Below are positions 9,580 through 19,733 of a stretch of DNA of 39,263 nt, in pieces; positions within the stretch are counted from its first letter, which is position 1; each line of letters starts with the position of its first letter. The notes under the pieces were generated by a model. It saw only the letters and a program-made list of their open reading frames with translations, searched no databases and was not told the DNA's origin. Made by a program: the position numbers and the translations under genes. This DNA is from Candidatus Woesearchaeota archaeon (GTDB lineage: Archaea > Nanobdellota > Nanobdellia > Woesearchaeales > JACPBO01), in assembly GCA_016180285.1 (NCBI GenBank), contig JACPBO010000004.1, forward strand, positions 1 through 39,263, given 5' to 3'.

Positions 9580-10232
9580 CTTATGTTTACATTGATGAAA
9601 GCGGAGATCTTGGTATGAGCAACAAAGGAAGCGAGTACCTTATATTAACAGCAGTCAAAATAGAAGATGACCAAACAAATATTATCTATAAAAGAATACC
9701 TAAAAACATAAGACAAAAAACATTGAAGAAAAAGGTAAAGAAGATGGCGGAGTTAAAATTTTCGAATTCCTCTGTACTTATAAGAGAGAGATTTTTGACA
9801 CGAATTGCTCAGCTAGATGTAGAAGTTTATTCGCGCATCATTAAAAAAGAGTTTACAAAAGACAGCTTAAAGAATAATCTTCCCATATTATATAATTATT
9901 TGATAAAAATTCTTTTAGAAAAAGTTCTTTCTGATATAAACAAAAACAAGAGACTGGAGATACATCTTGATAAATGTATGTCATCTAGTCAAAGAGAAAA
10001 TTTTGAGAGCTATGTAAAAACAGAATTCTTATATCTTTTTTCAGTTCTGCCTAATGTCACTATCGTTCATGAATCTTCTCAATGTAATGAGGCTTTACAA
10101 GTAAGTGATTTTGTATGTGGAGCATTCGGATATAAGTACAATACTGCAAAATTAAAGGAAAATTGTAATCATTACACTGGCTTAATTTCAAATAAAATCA
10201 AAATTGAGAAAAATGACCTGTTCAGAAAATAA
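9576..10232 (+). CDS. DUF3800-family (RNase H-like) protein
   Basis: YVYIDESGDLG, ELKF and LQVSDFVCG motifs; ATGA overlap with the PLD gene. Confidence 0.88.
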   Translation: MTYVYIDESGDLGMSNKGSEYLILTAVKIEDDQTNIIYKRIPKNIRQKTLKKKVKKMAELKFSNSSVLIRERFLTRIAQLDVEVYSRIIKKEFTKDSLKNNLPILYNYLIKILLEKVLSDINKNKRLEIHLDKCMSSSQRENFESYVKTEFLYLFSVLPNVTIVHESSQCNEALQVSDFVCGAFGYKYNTAKLKENCNHYTGLISNKIKIEKNDLFRK

Positions 10233-10300
10233 AACGATCCCTGTTTACTTGTCCTGAGCTCAATCCTGAGCCGTCATCCGTTCAACAGGACTTACTCGTT
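10233..10300. ncRNA. DUF3800-associated structured RNA candidate (strand uncertain, minus favoured)
   Basis: Nested stems AACGA/TCGTT, GTCCTG/CAGGAC and GCTCA/TGAGC start right after the stop codon. Minus-strand TTTATATA at 10324-10331. Confidence 0.6.
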
Positions 10301-10344
10301 AAATATGAAATAATATAAACTAGTATATAAACATTCCCATTTAA

Positions 10345-11322
10345 ATGAAAAAATACGATGTTTTCGGAATTGGAAGCGCTTTGATGGATTTTCTTGTCGA
10401 AGTAGACCATAAAAAGCTGCTTGAAATGGACTTAAAGCACGGCGAAATGCATCTGATTGATAAAGCTCATTCAAAGAGGATTTTTGAGAAGTTAAAGAAC
10501 TACAAATTTAAAATTGCGCCTGGCGGATCAGCTGCAAATGTTCTTGCCGGAGTTGCTGTTTTGGGCGGCAATGCTGTTTTCTGCGGCAAAGTGGGCAAAG
10601 ATGAGCACGGAGCAATATACGAGCAGAAAATGGCAGAAGGCGGAGTTTACTCCAGCATTAAAAAAAGCGATTTGATGACAGGGCACACAATTTCATTTAT
10701 AACGCCGGACTCTGAAAGGACATTTGCCACTCATCTTGGAGCAGCGCTTGAATTGGAAAAAGAGGATGTTTTGGAAGAAGAGTTAAGGCAAAGCAAAATA
10801 CTGCATATAGAGGGTTATCAATTAGAGGACAAAAATTTAAGGGAAGTTTCGATTCATGCAATGGGAATTGCAAAGAAAAACAATGTTTTGGTTTCAATTG
10901 ACCTGGCTGATCCTGCTCTTATACGAAGAAACTTAGATAATATGAAAAATTTAGTTAAAAAATATGCGGATATTGTTTTTGCAAATGAAAAGGAAGCAGA
11001 AGCATTTACCGGAAAAGAAGAAGAAGCTGCATTGAATGAAATTGCCGAATTTGCAGATGTTGCTGTTGTCAAGCTCGGTGAACGCGGCTCATTAATAAAG
11101 TCTAAAGGTAAAATATACAAAATTAAACCATTTGAAGCGAAAGCAGCTGACACAACAGGAGCAGGAGACATGTATGCTGCAGGCATTCTGTATGGAATAA
11201 GCCACGATCTTCCATTGGAAAAAGCAGGCAGGATAGCGAGCTATGCAGCTGCAAAGGTTGTCGGGCAGATTGGCGCAAGATTAAGCAAAAGCCTGAAGGA
11301 TGATATAAAGAAACTTACATAA
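10345..11322 (+). CDS. PfkB-family kinase, adenosine kinase-like
   Basis: GIGSALMD, PGGSAAN, GKVGKDEHG, ERTFATHLGA, FANEKEA, DTTGAGDMYAAG. Confidence 0.9.
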   Translation: MKKYDVFGIGSALMDFLVEVDHKKLLEMDLKHGEMHLIDKAHSKRIFEKLKNYKFKIAPGGSAANVLAGVAVLGGNAVFCGKVGKDEHGAIYEQKMAEGGVYSSIKKSDLMTGHTISFITPDSERTFATHLGAALELEKEDVLEEELRQSKILHIEGYQLEDKNLREVSIHAMGIAKKNNVLVSIDLADPALIRRNLDNMKNLVKKYADIVFANEKEAEAFTGKEEEAALNEIAEFADVAVVKLGERGSLIKSKGKIYKIKPFEAKAADTTGAGDMYAAGILYGISHDLPLEKAGRIASYAAAKVVGQIGARLSKSLKDDIKKLT

Positions 11323-11325
11323 TAA

Positions 11326-11964
11326 TCAGTATTTCATTACAATTCCTTGCTGCTGGTTTCCCTGTACGATTTGTAAACACTGCTGCTTCTGGCTGCTGCC
11401 TGTTATTTTATCGCAAATTGAAGAATCCCGCATTGAGTACATCATATTTACATAGCAGCTGTCCCTTTGGTCAACGCCCGAGATTTTATCGCATAAAGTA
11501 ACATCCCTCAGCTGGTTAGCCATGTTAGAATAACAGTTGTCTTTTGGCGAGGTTTCCTTGATATTGCCGCAGACAGAGCCATCCTTTTTATCCCTTGCGT
11601 ACAGCTCATAGCATTGATAGTCTGATTCCGATCCTGCGCATATGGTTGGGTCGTTTTTCGCTTCAGCAACCAGCGCTAAACAGGCTGGACGCTGGTCTCT
11701 GCTTAATTTCTTGCACAATGACGTATCATTATTCTTTGCAGCAACTCCCATCACACACATATCCTCTATAGAATATGACTGAGTGGAAGGCATTCCAGTG
11801 CAGACTGACATTTGCGAGTCAACACTCAGCTTCTCGGCTGCGCATCCTGTTTTATCCGCTACAACCCTGCCATCTGGGCAGATGTACTGCGTAGCAGCTG
11901 TGCAGCCCACTATAAAGAAAACAGAAGCGATCAATAACGCCAATAATATGTGCTGTTTGCCCAT
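11326..11964 (-). CDS. Cys-rich repeat lipoprotein/surface protein
   Basis: Lipobox-like IVGC, CPDG motif and repeated D..LC.KI.....D.CY units. Confidence 0.75.
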   Translation of the reverse strand: MGKQHILLALLIASVFFIVGCTAATQYICPDGRVVADKTGCAAEKLSVDSQMSVCTGMPSTQSYSIEDMCVMGVAAKNNDTSLCKKLSRDQRPACLALVAEAKNDPTICAGSESDYQCYELYARDKKDGSVCGNIKETSPKDNCYSNMANQLRDVTLCDKISGVDQRDSCYVNMMYSMRDSSICDKITGSSQKQQCLQIVQGNQQQGIVMKY

Positions 11965-12027
11965 AATTCAGTAAATTTGGCATAATTAATATATAAAGCT
12001 TTTTGTTTTTCCTCCTGCTTTTTTCAG

Positions 12028-12444
12028 CTATATCTCTTCCTTTATATTTATCGTGCTGATCATCGTCAGGGTTTTCTTGATGTTTTTGTTTTTTCTCAGA
12101 TCTATGATATATTTATTAAAGTCTTCAATATCCTTAAACTTTAATTTTAAAAATAAATCATGCTCTCCTGTTATGCCAAATGATTCTTTTATATGCGCAT
12201 TTTCGAAGAAAGATGGATCAAGATCCTTGTCAGTTGTAAGCAGCATGAATACAATGAAATTCTCGCCAACTGCCTTGTTGCTCAATTTAACTGTGAATTT
12301 TTCTATTACTTTCTCTTTTTTTAATTTTGTCAGCCTTTGATGCACTGTAGACGGCCTTAAACCTGCCTTTTTGGCAATGCTTCTGATTGACTCCCTGCTG
12401 TTCTGCTTCAATAGCTCAATTATTCTGCTGTCTTTGGCGTCCAT
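12028..12444 (-). CDS. Lrp/AsnC-family transcriptional regulator
   Basis: MDAKDSRIIELLKQNSR...STVHQRLTKL...VIEKFT and ITGEHD. Confidence 0.93.
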   Translation of the reverse strand: MDAKDSRIIELLKQNSRESIRSIAKKAGLRPSTVHQRLTKLKKEKVIEKFTVKLSNKAVGENFIVFMLLTTDKDLDPSFFENAHIKESFGITGEHDLFLKLKFKDIEDFNKYIIDLRKNKNIKKTLTMISTINIKEEI

Positions 12445-13619
12445 TTTGAATATTCCGTCGATCTAATGTGCATGAATAGGTGCAAGATAACCAAATCAGC
12501 AAACAATATTATTGCTGAGATCAAAAATGCTGTTTGTATTGACCACAAATCAGCAAGATAGCCTAAAATCGGAGATAAAATGCTGAAAAGCAAGTCGCCT
12601 CCGAGATTCTTCAGGGAAAGTATTGTTGCGCGATGATGTGTTTGTATATGCTTATTGACATAATCCTCAAGAACAGGCTCGGAGAAGCCGCCGATAAAAA
12701 ACTTAATTATTGGAAAAAAAACAGCCAATGGAATGAGCAGTTTCCACAGGAACAAAAAGGATATTATTGGGATTATGAGCATTGCGTATAATGTTGTTTT
12801 TTCTCCAAGCATGTTTTCTATGTTATGGGCAAATTTCGATCCTATCGCTCCTGCAATATTCATCAAAAAGAATATAACGCCAAAATAAAAGATGTCGATC
12901 TTGATTAGCTTGAAATATGGCTGGTAAAAGAAATAAGCAGCAGCCCCCACACCGCCAAATATCATTGAATAAATGATGAAAAATTTCACTTTCGGGTGGC
13001 TCAATGAAAATCTAATAGCTTCTCTAATATGGGCAAGATATTTTTTTTCCAGCGGCTTATGCACATAAGGCTCGACAAAAAACAGGGGAATAAGGCACGA
13101 AATAGCTATAGGCAATGCCGTTGCCCAAAATGTCATTCTTAACCCATAAACTGAGGCAATATACCCGCCTGCAAGCGAAGCAATGCCCCACACAAGATAA
13201 TTGATGGATGTAACTGCCCCGAATATTTTTTTAAAATGCTCTTCCTTGCCTAATGCAGCCAATGTATCATATATAAAAGCAGATGATGCAGAACCCCACA
13301 AAGCCGATGAAATTCCTATTAATGTTTCTGCAATTATAAATCCTAAAAAATTAGTTCCAAGCGCATAAAAAATCCAGCTGGCTAAAAAAAGAAACTGGGA
13401 TATAATAATCGCTTTCCTCCTTCCTGCAAAGTCTGTAAAAACCCCACTAGGAATCCTAAAAAGGACGATTATGAGTGCATAATACGCCTGCAGAATCATA
13501 ACCTGCATCATCGTAAGATTGTTTTCAAGGAGGAATAGGACAAATATCGGGGTTACAAATATAAGAGTGCCTAAAATCCTGTAAATATAAAATTTCCATA
13601 TATTGTCTTCTATTCGCAT
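12420..13619 (-). CDS. MFS transporter
   Basis: About 12 hydrophobic segments; IPSGVFTDFAGRRK motif A; RATILS. Confidence 0.9.
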   Translation of the reverse strand: MRIEDNIWKFYIYRILGTLIFVTPIFVLFLLENNLTMMQVMILQAYYALIIVLFRIPSGVFTDFAGRRKAIIISQFLFLASWIFYALGTNFLGFIIAETLIGISSALWGSASSAFIYDTLAALGKEEHFKKIFGAVTSINYLVWGIASLAGGYIASVYGLRMTFWATALPIAISCLIPLFFVEPYVHKPLEKKYLAHIREAIRFSLSHPKVKFFIIYSMIFGGVGAAAYFFYQPYFKLIKIDIFYFGVIFFLMNIAGAIGSKFAHNIENMLGEKTTLYAMLIIPIISFLFLWKLLIPLAVFFPIIKFFIGGFSEPVLEDYVNKHIQTHHRATILSLKNLGGDLLFSILSPILGYLADLWSIQTAFLISAIILFADLVILHLFMHIRSTEYSKWTPKTAE

Positions 13620-13644
13620 TTTCTTCCTTTCTCTGTTCTATTTA

Positions 13645-13702
13645 AAGACTCTCTGAACAAGAAATCTTTAAAGTTAAGTTGGGGGCATGTTCAGAGAGCC
13701 TT
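13645..13702 (-). promoter_or_regulatory. Long hairpin in the 5' leader of the MFS-Lrp operon
   Basis: AAGGCTCTCTGAACA...TGTTCAGAGAGTCTT, about 15 bp with one G-U on the minus strand, located between the TATA box (~13731-13742) and the ATG at 13619. Confidence 0.45.
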
Positions 13703-13845
13703 CTTGACATTTAAATCAATTTGTACAGCTTATATTTAAATATTTCCATATTTGTCTTTATTTTTTAATAAATTATGGACAATGTTCGCTTTTTGTTGAA
13801 AAAAATATATAAATGTGTATAAATCAATCAATTCAGGTGATGAAA

Positions 13846-15108
13846 ATGGACAAAGGCGAAACTTATGAAGTAAAAGACATCAAATTAGCAGAGCAGGGCG
13901 GTATGAACATCGAGATTGCAGAATCCCGCATGTCCGCTTTATTAAAAATAAAAAAAAGATTTGAAAAAGAGAAGCCATTAAAGGGAATCAGAGTTGGGCT
14001 TGCATTGCACATTACAAAAGAAACAGCTGTTCTCGTTAAAACATTAATTGCAGGCGGAGCAGAAGTCGCTATAACCGGCTGCAACCCATTAAGCACGCAG
14101 GATGATGTTGCAGCTGCGCTGGCAAAGCAGGGAGTAAAGGTTTGGGGGTATAAAGGAGAAACAAGTGAAGATTATTACAGATACTTAACAAGTGTTATCA
14201 ATTTTAAGCCGCATATAACAATTGATGATGGCTGTGATTTAGTTTCTGAGATACATTCAAAACATACTGAATTAATAAAAGATATTATCGCAGGATGTGA
14301 AGAAACAACAACAGGAATAATAAGATTGAAAGCAATGAAAAAAGACAATGCTTTGAAATACCCGATTATAGCAGTTAATGATAATAAAACAAAGCACCTA
14401 TTAGATAACTATTATGGGACAGGACAATCAACAGTAGACGGAATAATAAGAGCAACCAATGTTCTGTTCGCTGGAAAGAATATTGTTGTTTTAGGATACG
14501 GAAGCTGCGGAAAAGGGTTTGCAATGCGGTGCAAAGGACTTGGCGCAAATGTAATTGTAACGGAAGTTAATAATTTCTGCGCATTGCAGGCTGCTTATGA
14601 CGGATTCAGGGTAATGAAAATGGAAGATGCCTGCAAGATAGGAGATATATTCTGCACGCTGACAGGAAACAAGCATGTTGTAAGAATAGAGCACATAAAG
14701 CAGATGAAAGAAGGCGCAATCCTGGCAAATTCAGGTCATTTTGACATTGAGATTGATGTGAAAGGATTGAAACAGATAGCTTCAGGCGAAAGAAGAGTAA
14801 GGCCTTTCCTTGACGAATACATTGTTGATGGAAAAAAGATTTTCCTCTGCGGAGAAGGCCGCTTGGTCAACCTTGCTGCTGCAGAAGGCCATCCGAGCGA
14901 GGTCATGTCAACCAGCTTCTGCGGACAGGCGCTGGCAGTGGAATATGCTGTCAAAAACAAAGGAAAGCTTCCGACAGATGTTATCCTGCTGCCGGAAGAG
15001 ATCGACGACAGCATAGCAAAGCTTCAGCTTGAAGCAATGGGTATTGAGATTGATGCGCTGACAGAAGAGCAGAAGAAATACCTTTCAAGCTGGCAGGAAG
15101 GAACATAG
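13846..15108 (+). CDS. ahcY: Adenosylhomocysteinase (SAH hydrolase)
   Basis: LHITKET, CNPLSTQD, DDGCD, EETTTG, DNYYGTGQS, GYGSCGKG, NSGHFD, GEGRLVNL, GHPSEVM. Start placed at ATG 13846 after GGTGA. Confidence 0.97.
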   Translation: MDKGETYEVKDIKLAEQGGMNIEIAESRMSALLKIKKRFEKEKPLKGIRVGLALHITKETAVLVKTLIAGGAEVAITGCNPLSTQDDVAAALAKQGVKVWGYKGETSEDYYRYLTSVINFKPHITIDDGCDLVSEIHSKHTELIKDIIAGCEETTTGIIRLKAMKKDNALKYPIIAVNDNKTKHLLDNYYGTGQSTVDGIIRATNVLFAGKNIVVLGYGSCGKGFAMRCKGLGANVIVTEVNNFCALQAAYDGFRVMKMEDACKIGDIFCTLTGNKHVVRIEHIKQMKEGAILANSGHFDIEIDVKGLKQIASGERRVRPFLDEYIVDGKKIFLCGEGRLVNLAAAEGHPSEVMSTSFCGQALAVEYAVKNKGKLPTDVILLPEEIDDSIAKLQLEAMGIEIDALTEEQKKYLSSWQEGT

Positions 15109-15110
15109 GT

Positions 15111-15165
15111 TTGTTTTTATCAAGGGTTTTGCAGCACTTATGCAAAATTAAACAAGAAAAAACAA
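15111..15165. terminator. Probable terminator region between convergent genes
   Basis: T-tracts on both strands around the hairpin TTTTGCA-N7-TGCAAAA (15127-15147). Confidence 0.4.
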
Positions 15166-15173
15166 TCGGAAAA

Positions 15174-15641
15174 TCATTTATACTTCTTCACAATCTCCTT
15201 GAACTTGGCATAACTCTCAGAATCCTTGAACTTGCCGAAATCCTTATCTGAAAGCTTATCGAGAATTGACAAAAACATTTTGGACAGCTCCTTTATGTCT
15301 TTCGAAGCCTCTCCTTTTGCAATCGTTTCTTCAGTTTTTATTTCTTCTTCAGCAGGCTCTTCCTTTTTCCTTCCAAAAAGCCTTGAAAAAAATCCAGGCT
15401 TTTCTTCCTTTCTTATTTCTTCCTCTGCATCTGAGAATTCTTCCTGCTCTGCTTTAGGCTCATTAACAACCATTTTCACTTCAACTCCTGATTTCTTGGC
15501 TTCCTTCAGCTCGGGATAAGCTTCCATCTTTCTTGGAATTTTTATTTTTTTAAAAACCTTTGCAATCTTCTTGGCTGTTTCAGATCTTCTTCTCCCAGCA
15601 ATGTACTTCGACACCATCCTGCCAATTTCTTTGTCAGCCAT
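15174..15641 (-). CDS. Hypothetical charged protein (end of the pilus-associated locus)
   Basis: 155-aa ORF with KPGFFSRLFG amphipathic motif; co-oriented with neighbours. Confidence 0.7.
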   Translation of the reverse strand: MADKEIGRMVSKYIAGRRRSETAKKIAKVFKKIKIPRKMEAYPELKEAKKSGVEVKMVVNEPKAEQEEFSDAEEEIRKEEKPGFFSRLFGRKKEEPAEEEIKTEETIAKGEASKDIKELSKMFLSILDKLSDKDFGKFKDSESYAKFKEIVKKYK

Positions 15642-15672
15642 ATCTTTTCAGAAAAATAATCAATATATAAAG

Positions 15673-15897
15673 CTATCTTTTTTTATGCGTTGCCTCTATT
15701 ATGGCGCGCAGGTCAGCAACCTCTTCCTTCAGATCCTTCAGCTCCTTGCTCAGCTCGGTTTCCTCGTTTTCAAATTTGCCTGCTATCTTTCTCAATTGCC
15801 TGAACTCTATCTCAAGCAGAATAAGGTAGCCGACAACAACAATGGAAAAAACAACAAGCAATTCAAGTATGGGTAAGTTTAACCCGAAAACATACAT
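15673..15897 (-). CDS. Small membrane protein with coiled coil
   Basis: One TM helix plus heptads; AAAAGAGGTG RBS. Confidence 0.75.
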   Translation of the reverse strand: MYVFGLNLPILELLVVFSIVVVGYLILLEIEFRQLRKIAGKFENEETELSKELKDLKEEVADLRAIIEATHKKR

Positions 15898-15956
15898 ATT
15901 TCACACCTCTTTTTTTACTGATCTATGCTAATAGCCGAAGTATTTAAACCTTTGCG

Positions 15957-18900
15957 TCAGGCTCTTTTTCTTATTTCCTGCACTCTCCTGTATGTCAAAA
16001 CTAATAAGCCAAGCCCCAGCATCACTATCGCTGCGCTTTCAACCCATCTCAGTATGCCCTCTCGTTTTCCAAGCACATAAAAGTTTGCAAATCCCTCGCT
16101 TATTGTAGCAAAATCTTCCCTGAATCTGACATTCGCAACATATCCGCCTGTAATTGCCTGAGCCGGTATGATGAATTTCTCGGAGCTTTCTGTCTTCTCC
16201 AACGGCTCAAGCGAATTCAGGCTGGTGAATGATGAATGAATAGTGTCTAAGTTGGGATCAAAAACCTCTGTCTCAAAATAAGGCCTTTCTATTTTTTCAC
16301 CGCCGTTTATCACAAGAATTGCCAATCCTACTGGCGAATCCGATGTATAGCGGTCTTTATCTGATGTTATGATTATCGCAGGATAGCTTTCCTCATAAAG
16401 CACTGTGATTGTTCTAATTCCATCTGCTTCCATCTCTCCTATTTCTATTGAAATTGAGTCTGCGCCGCCATTGAACTTCAGCCTTTCCCCGAATGCATCT
16501 TTGACCTCGATAATCTTGCTATAGCTTATCGGAAGATTTAATCTTATATTCCTGTAAGCTTCTTTTGCAAAGCTTTTCAGATAAATGTCTGTCTTAAATT
16601 TTACTTTTTTATTTTCAAGTTTTTCCAGCACTTCTACCTTTTTGTCAACTTCAAGAATCGGCGGCGTCAGCACAGTTATGTCATAAGTTCTTGTTTCCAA
16701 AGCTCCAACAACTGTTTCCCAGAAAACAAGGCTGTTGTCTTTTTCAGCCTTCTCATCTATTTTCTGCCCGAATGCATTATAATAGCTTGCATATGCCTGT
16801 GTTGAATCAGGGAATACTGTTGTTTCAAATCTTGACTGTATTGGCCTGGAATTCGGGTTATAGACAGTGAATTTCTTCGACCACATTGCAGGCTGCCCGA
16901 CAACAATTACTTTAGCCAAAGTTAAATTGCTGTCATCTATTTCAAAAGGCTTTGCAGGCTCGGGGATTGTAACATGAACAACGCCGAATGCAGACGAAGA
17001 TATCTCTTCTCCTGTTGCCGGGTCAACGCCGAACACCTGCATTGGAATTGTGTAAGTGCCAGTTGCAGTTATGTTAAACCTATAGGAGATAACAAGGTAA
17101 TCGCCGTCTTTCATGGTGCCGTTCCAGAATGTGTTGTTCGGAAGGAATCTGCTGTACTCATATGCATCAACTGGAGTTCCATCCGTCAGCGTAGTTGTTC
17201 CATTTACATGAGTTGCATTTATATTAGTTCCATTGACCAATGTTATTGAATTGCTTCCTGAATTGTTGAAATAAACTATCAGGACATTGCTTATTGTAAA
17301 GTTAGTTCCATTTACAATATAATCCAGCAATTTTATATCTGCAATCCCGTCAGCAGTTGAGGACTTGTCAACAGCGTCCACCCTTATAGTTGCATTAACG
17401 CTGTTTGGCTGCGCAGGGTTGTTTATCTTAAGCTCTTTATACGCATTCAGCCTTTTTGTGGCAACAGTTACATTTGTCAGCGGCATATTCTCCACTATTG
17501 GAGTTCCTGACCTGCTCCACATTGTCACATTTCCTGTCATGTTAAAAACAAGCCCTTCCTGAAGGCTTTCGTTGAAGACAAGATCATAGGAAATATTTAC
17601 CACTTCATTTGTCAGCAAATAGCTCTTATACAGTGATTGGTTCAGGTCTTTTATCACAGCCTTGACATATCCTTCTGCGCTTGCAGTATTATTAACGCAA
17701 GTTATTGTAACATTGTTTGTTATCGCTGTCCCGTTAACTGTCACAGCAACAGAGCTGCAGTTTGCATAAAAAATAACAGCAGTTCCATTCACTGATTTCG
17801 GCGGATAAACTGAAAATATTGAAAAATTAAGCCCCCTTGCGCTGTTGTCCCCTAAATAAGTTGTGCTATCTCTTATTTTTATTGACTGCTCAGGCAATCC
17901 CCTGTCAACTCCAGAATCCGGCAGCATAACTCCGTCAATTGCTTTTGAATTTGAAATGTCAATTATGAAAAGCGAACCCATATCCAATCTCCCCCTTACT
18001 TCTGCATCATAGCCCTCGGCCCCGCCCCAGCTAACATTCCAGTCAAAGTATGATGCAAAATAAGGCTTGGTTGTTGTCAAGGTGTCAAGCCAGTCTGTGT
18101 ATTTCGTTGTGCCTGCGCTTATATTCCCCCATCCAGGAGCTGAATTGCTTGAATTTGCTGTTCCGACAGGCGTCCCATTTGCCAGCACTTGGTAGAGCTT
18201 CCATGATCCGACAAGGTAATTCAGGCCGCCGCCGTTTTCATTTGCTGCATTTTTAAAATAGCCCCTTACGCGCCATGTTGATGACGACCCATTCGACGGA
18301 TTAGTCAATGCCAAATCCACGCCTTGCCTGACAGGCCCTCTGCTGAATTTTACTGTAACATTCATTCCAGTCAATAATTTGCTGTTATCCAAGCCAGACA
18401 CTGCAGAATTATTGAATGTTGCAACAACTCCTGTTGTGCCTGCTGCATCATTCAGGTTATAGCTTGTTGTGCCGCTGTCTGCAAGATTCCTGTTCGTCCT
18501 TACTGTTGCATTTATTGTTATCGTGATATTTCCATACGCAACAATATCGCCTGTCCAGTTCACAAGCTCAGAATCCATACCGCCAGTTGCATTCCTGACA
18601 GCCGCTGTTTCATTTCCTCTGAAGCTTATCCACACAGTCCCGTTGAATATCGCAACCCCGGTTACATTGACAACATCATATCCTGTCTGCGTGCTTTGGT
18701 CAAATGTTATTGTGACATTTGCAGAATTAAGGCTTCTCCATCCTGAGGGATTCGTTATATTTATTGTTATGTTAAGATTGTTCCAGGATTGGTTTAAGTT
18801 GCCTTCATAATTATTGTCAAAAATATTGTCATCATTGTAAACATCTGAGCCGCCAGCATAATTTGACACTGCCATCGAAATATTCAACATTGGGCCATCA

Positions 18901-19265
18901 GCATTTATTGTGTAAGTATTGCTGTCGCTGCCGCTCGCATTATGGTATAATGTTGAATTGTCATTTGCAGCTCCTGCATAGAAATTCCATATTCTCCCAT
19001 CTATGTCTGTCCTGTTTGCAATATTCGTTCTGCTGGGCCCGATGCTTGACATATTAAGCCGGACATACTGCAGAACATCAGCAACATTCACAACCCTTAT
19101 TGCTACTTCGCCCCTGTTGACATTCGTGCCTGTAGAAGTTCCGTTTCTCAGGTAATCCTGCCTGTAAATCTCAGTTATTGTCAGATTCGGGGAAACAGCA
19201 TAAGCAAAGGGCATAAATGCAAATAGAAATATGATTACCGCTATCCAAAAACCTCCTTTCATCAT
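15957..19265 (-). CDS. Large surface glycoprotein (S-layer/adhesin-like)
   Basis: Signal peptide, beta-rich N/T/S/G composition with many N-x-S/T sequons, C-terminal TM anchor. Confidence 0.8.
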   Translation of the reverse strand: MMKGGFWIAVIIFLFAFMPFAYAVSPNLTITEIYRQDYLRNGTSTGTNVNRGEVAIRVVNVADVLQYVRLNMSSIGPSRTNIANRTDIDGRIWNFYAGAANDNSTLYHNASGSDSNTYTINADGPMLNISMAVSNYAGGSDVYNDDNIFDNNYEGNLNQSWNNLNITINITNPSGWRSLNSANVTITFDQSTQTGYDVVNVTGVAIFNGTVWISFRGNETAAVRNATGGMDSELVNWTGDIVAYGNITITINATVRTNRNLADSGTTSYNLNDAAGTTGVVATFNNSAVSGLDNSKLLTGMNVTVKFSRGPVRQGVDLALTNPSNGSSSTWRVRGYFKNAANENGGGLNYLVGSWKLYQVLANGTPVGTANSSNSAPGWGNISAGTTKYTDWLDTLTTTKPYFASYFDWNVSWGGAEGYDAEVRGRLDMGSLFIIDISNSKAIDGVMLPDSGVDRGLPEQSIKIRDSTTYLGDNSARGLNFSIFSVYPPKSVNGTAVIFYANCSSVAVTVNGTAITNNVTITCVNNTASAEGYVKAVIKDLNQSLYKSYLLTNEVVNISYDLVFNESLQEGLVFNMTGNVTMWSRSGTPIVENMPLTNVTVATKRLNAYKELKINNPAQPNSVNATIRVDAVDKSSTADGIADIKLLDYIVNGTNFTISNVLIVYFNNSGSNSITLVNGTNINATHVNGTTTLTDGTPVDAYEYSRFLPNNTFWNGTMKDGDYLVISYRFNITATGTYTIPMQVFGVDPATGEEISSSAFGVVHVTIPEPAKPFEIDDSNLTLAKVIVVGQPAMWSKKFTVYNPNSRPIQSRFETTVFPDSTQAYASYYNAFGQKIDEKAEKDNSLVFWETVVGALETRTYDITVLTPPILEVDKKVEVLEKLENKKVKFKTDIYLKSFAKEAYRNIRLNLPISYSKIIEVKDAFGERLKFNGGADSISIEIGEMEADGIRTITVLYEESYPAIIITSDKDRYTSDSPVGLAILVINGGEKIERPYFETEVFDPNLDTIHSSFTSLNSLEPLEKTESSEKFIIPAQAITGGYVANVRFREDFATISEGFANFYVLGKREGILRWVESAAIVMLGLGLLVLTYRRVQEIRKRA

Positions 19266-19319
19266 TCACCAGCTCTTTTATGAATTCCTATTTGATAAAA
19301 AAACAAATAAGCGTAAAAA

Positions 19320-19688
19320 TTAAACTTCCTTTAAATCGTCCTCTATCTTTTTGACTTTGCCCATCTTTTCCTTGAGCCTAGACAGTTTATCCTGAAGATC
19401 GTCCTTCTTTGCAGCCAGTGCATCTTCCTTCTCCGCCAGTGCAGCTATCTTGTCTTTAACTGCCTTAAACTCGCCTCTTGTTGAAGATATGTCTTTTGAA
19501 GTTGAATCAAGCTCAGCCTCAACTTTTGTTCTTATTTCTGCAAGCTTTCCCAGCTCTTCTTCAAGATCATTTATGGCTTCAGAAAGCAATTCTTTTTTTT
19601 GCTTGTGCTCCGGCTCTTTTTCAGCTGCTGCTTCCTTTTTCTCTACGCCATTTAAAAAGTCGCGTACGTTTTTTATCAGTTCTGCCAC
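19320..19688 (-). CDS. Coiled-coil hypothetical protein
   Basis: GTG start with AGGTGA RBS; heptad-rich. Confidence 0.75.
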   Translation of the reverse strand: MAELIKNVRDFLNGVEKKEAAAEKEPEHKQKKELLSEAINDLEEELGKLAEIRTKVEAELDSTSKDISSTRGEFKAVKDKIAALAEKEDALAAKKDDLQDKLSRLKEKMGKVKKIEDDLKEV

Positions 19689-19733
19689 AAAATCACCTTT
19701 TAATCATAAATAATACAAGTTATTTATAAATCT

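Noticed and set aside
13645..13702. SAH or SAM riboswitch
   Set aside because: It lies in the MFS leader rather than the ahcY leader, and no aptamer consensus is recognisable.
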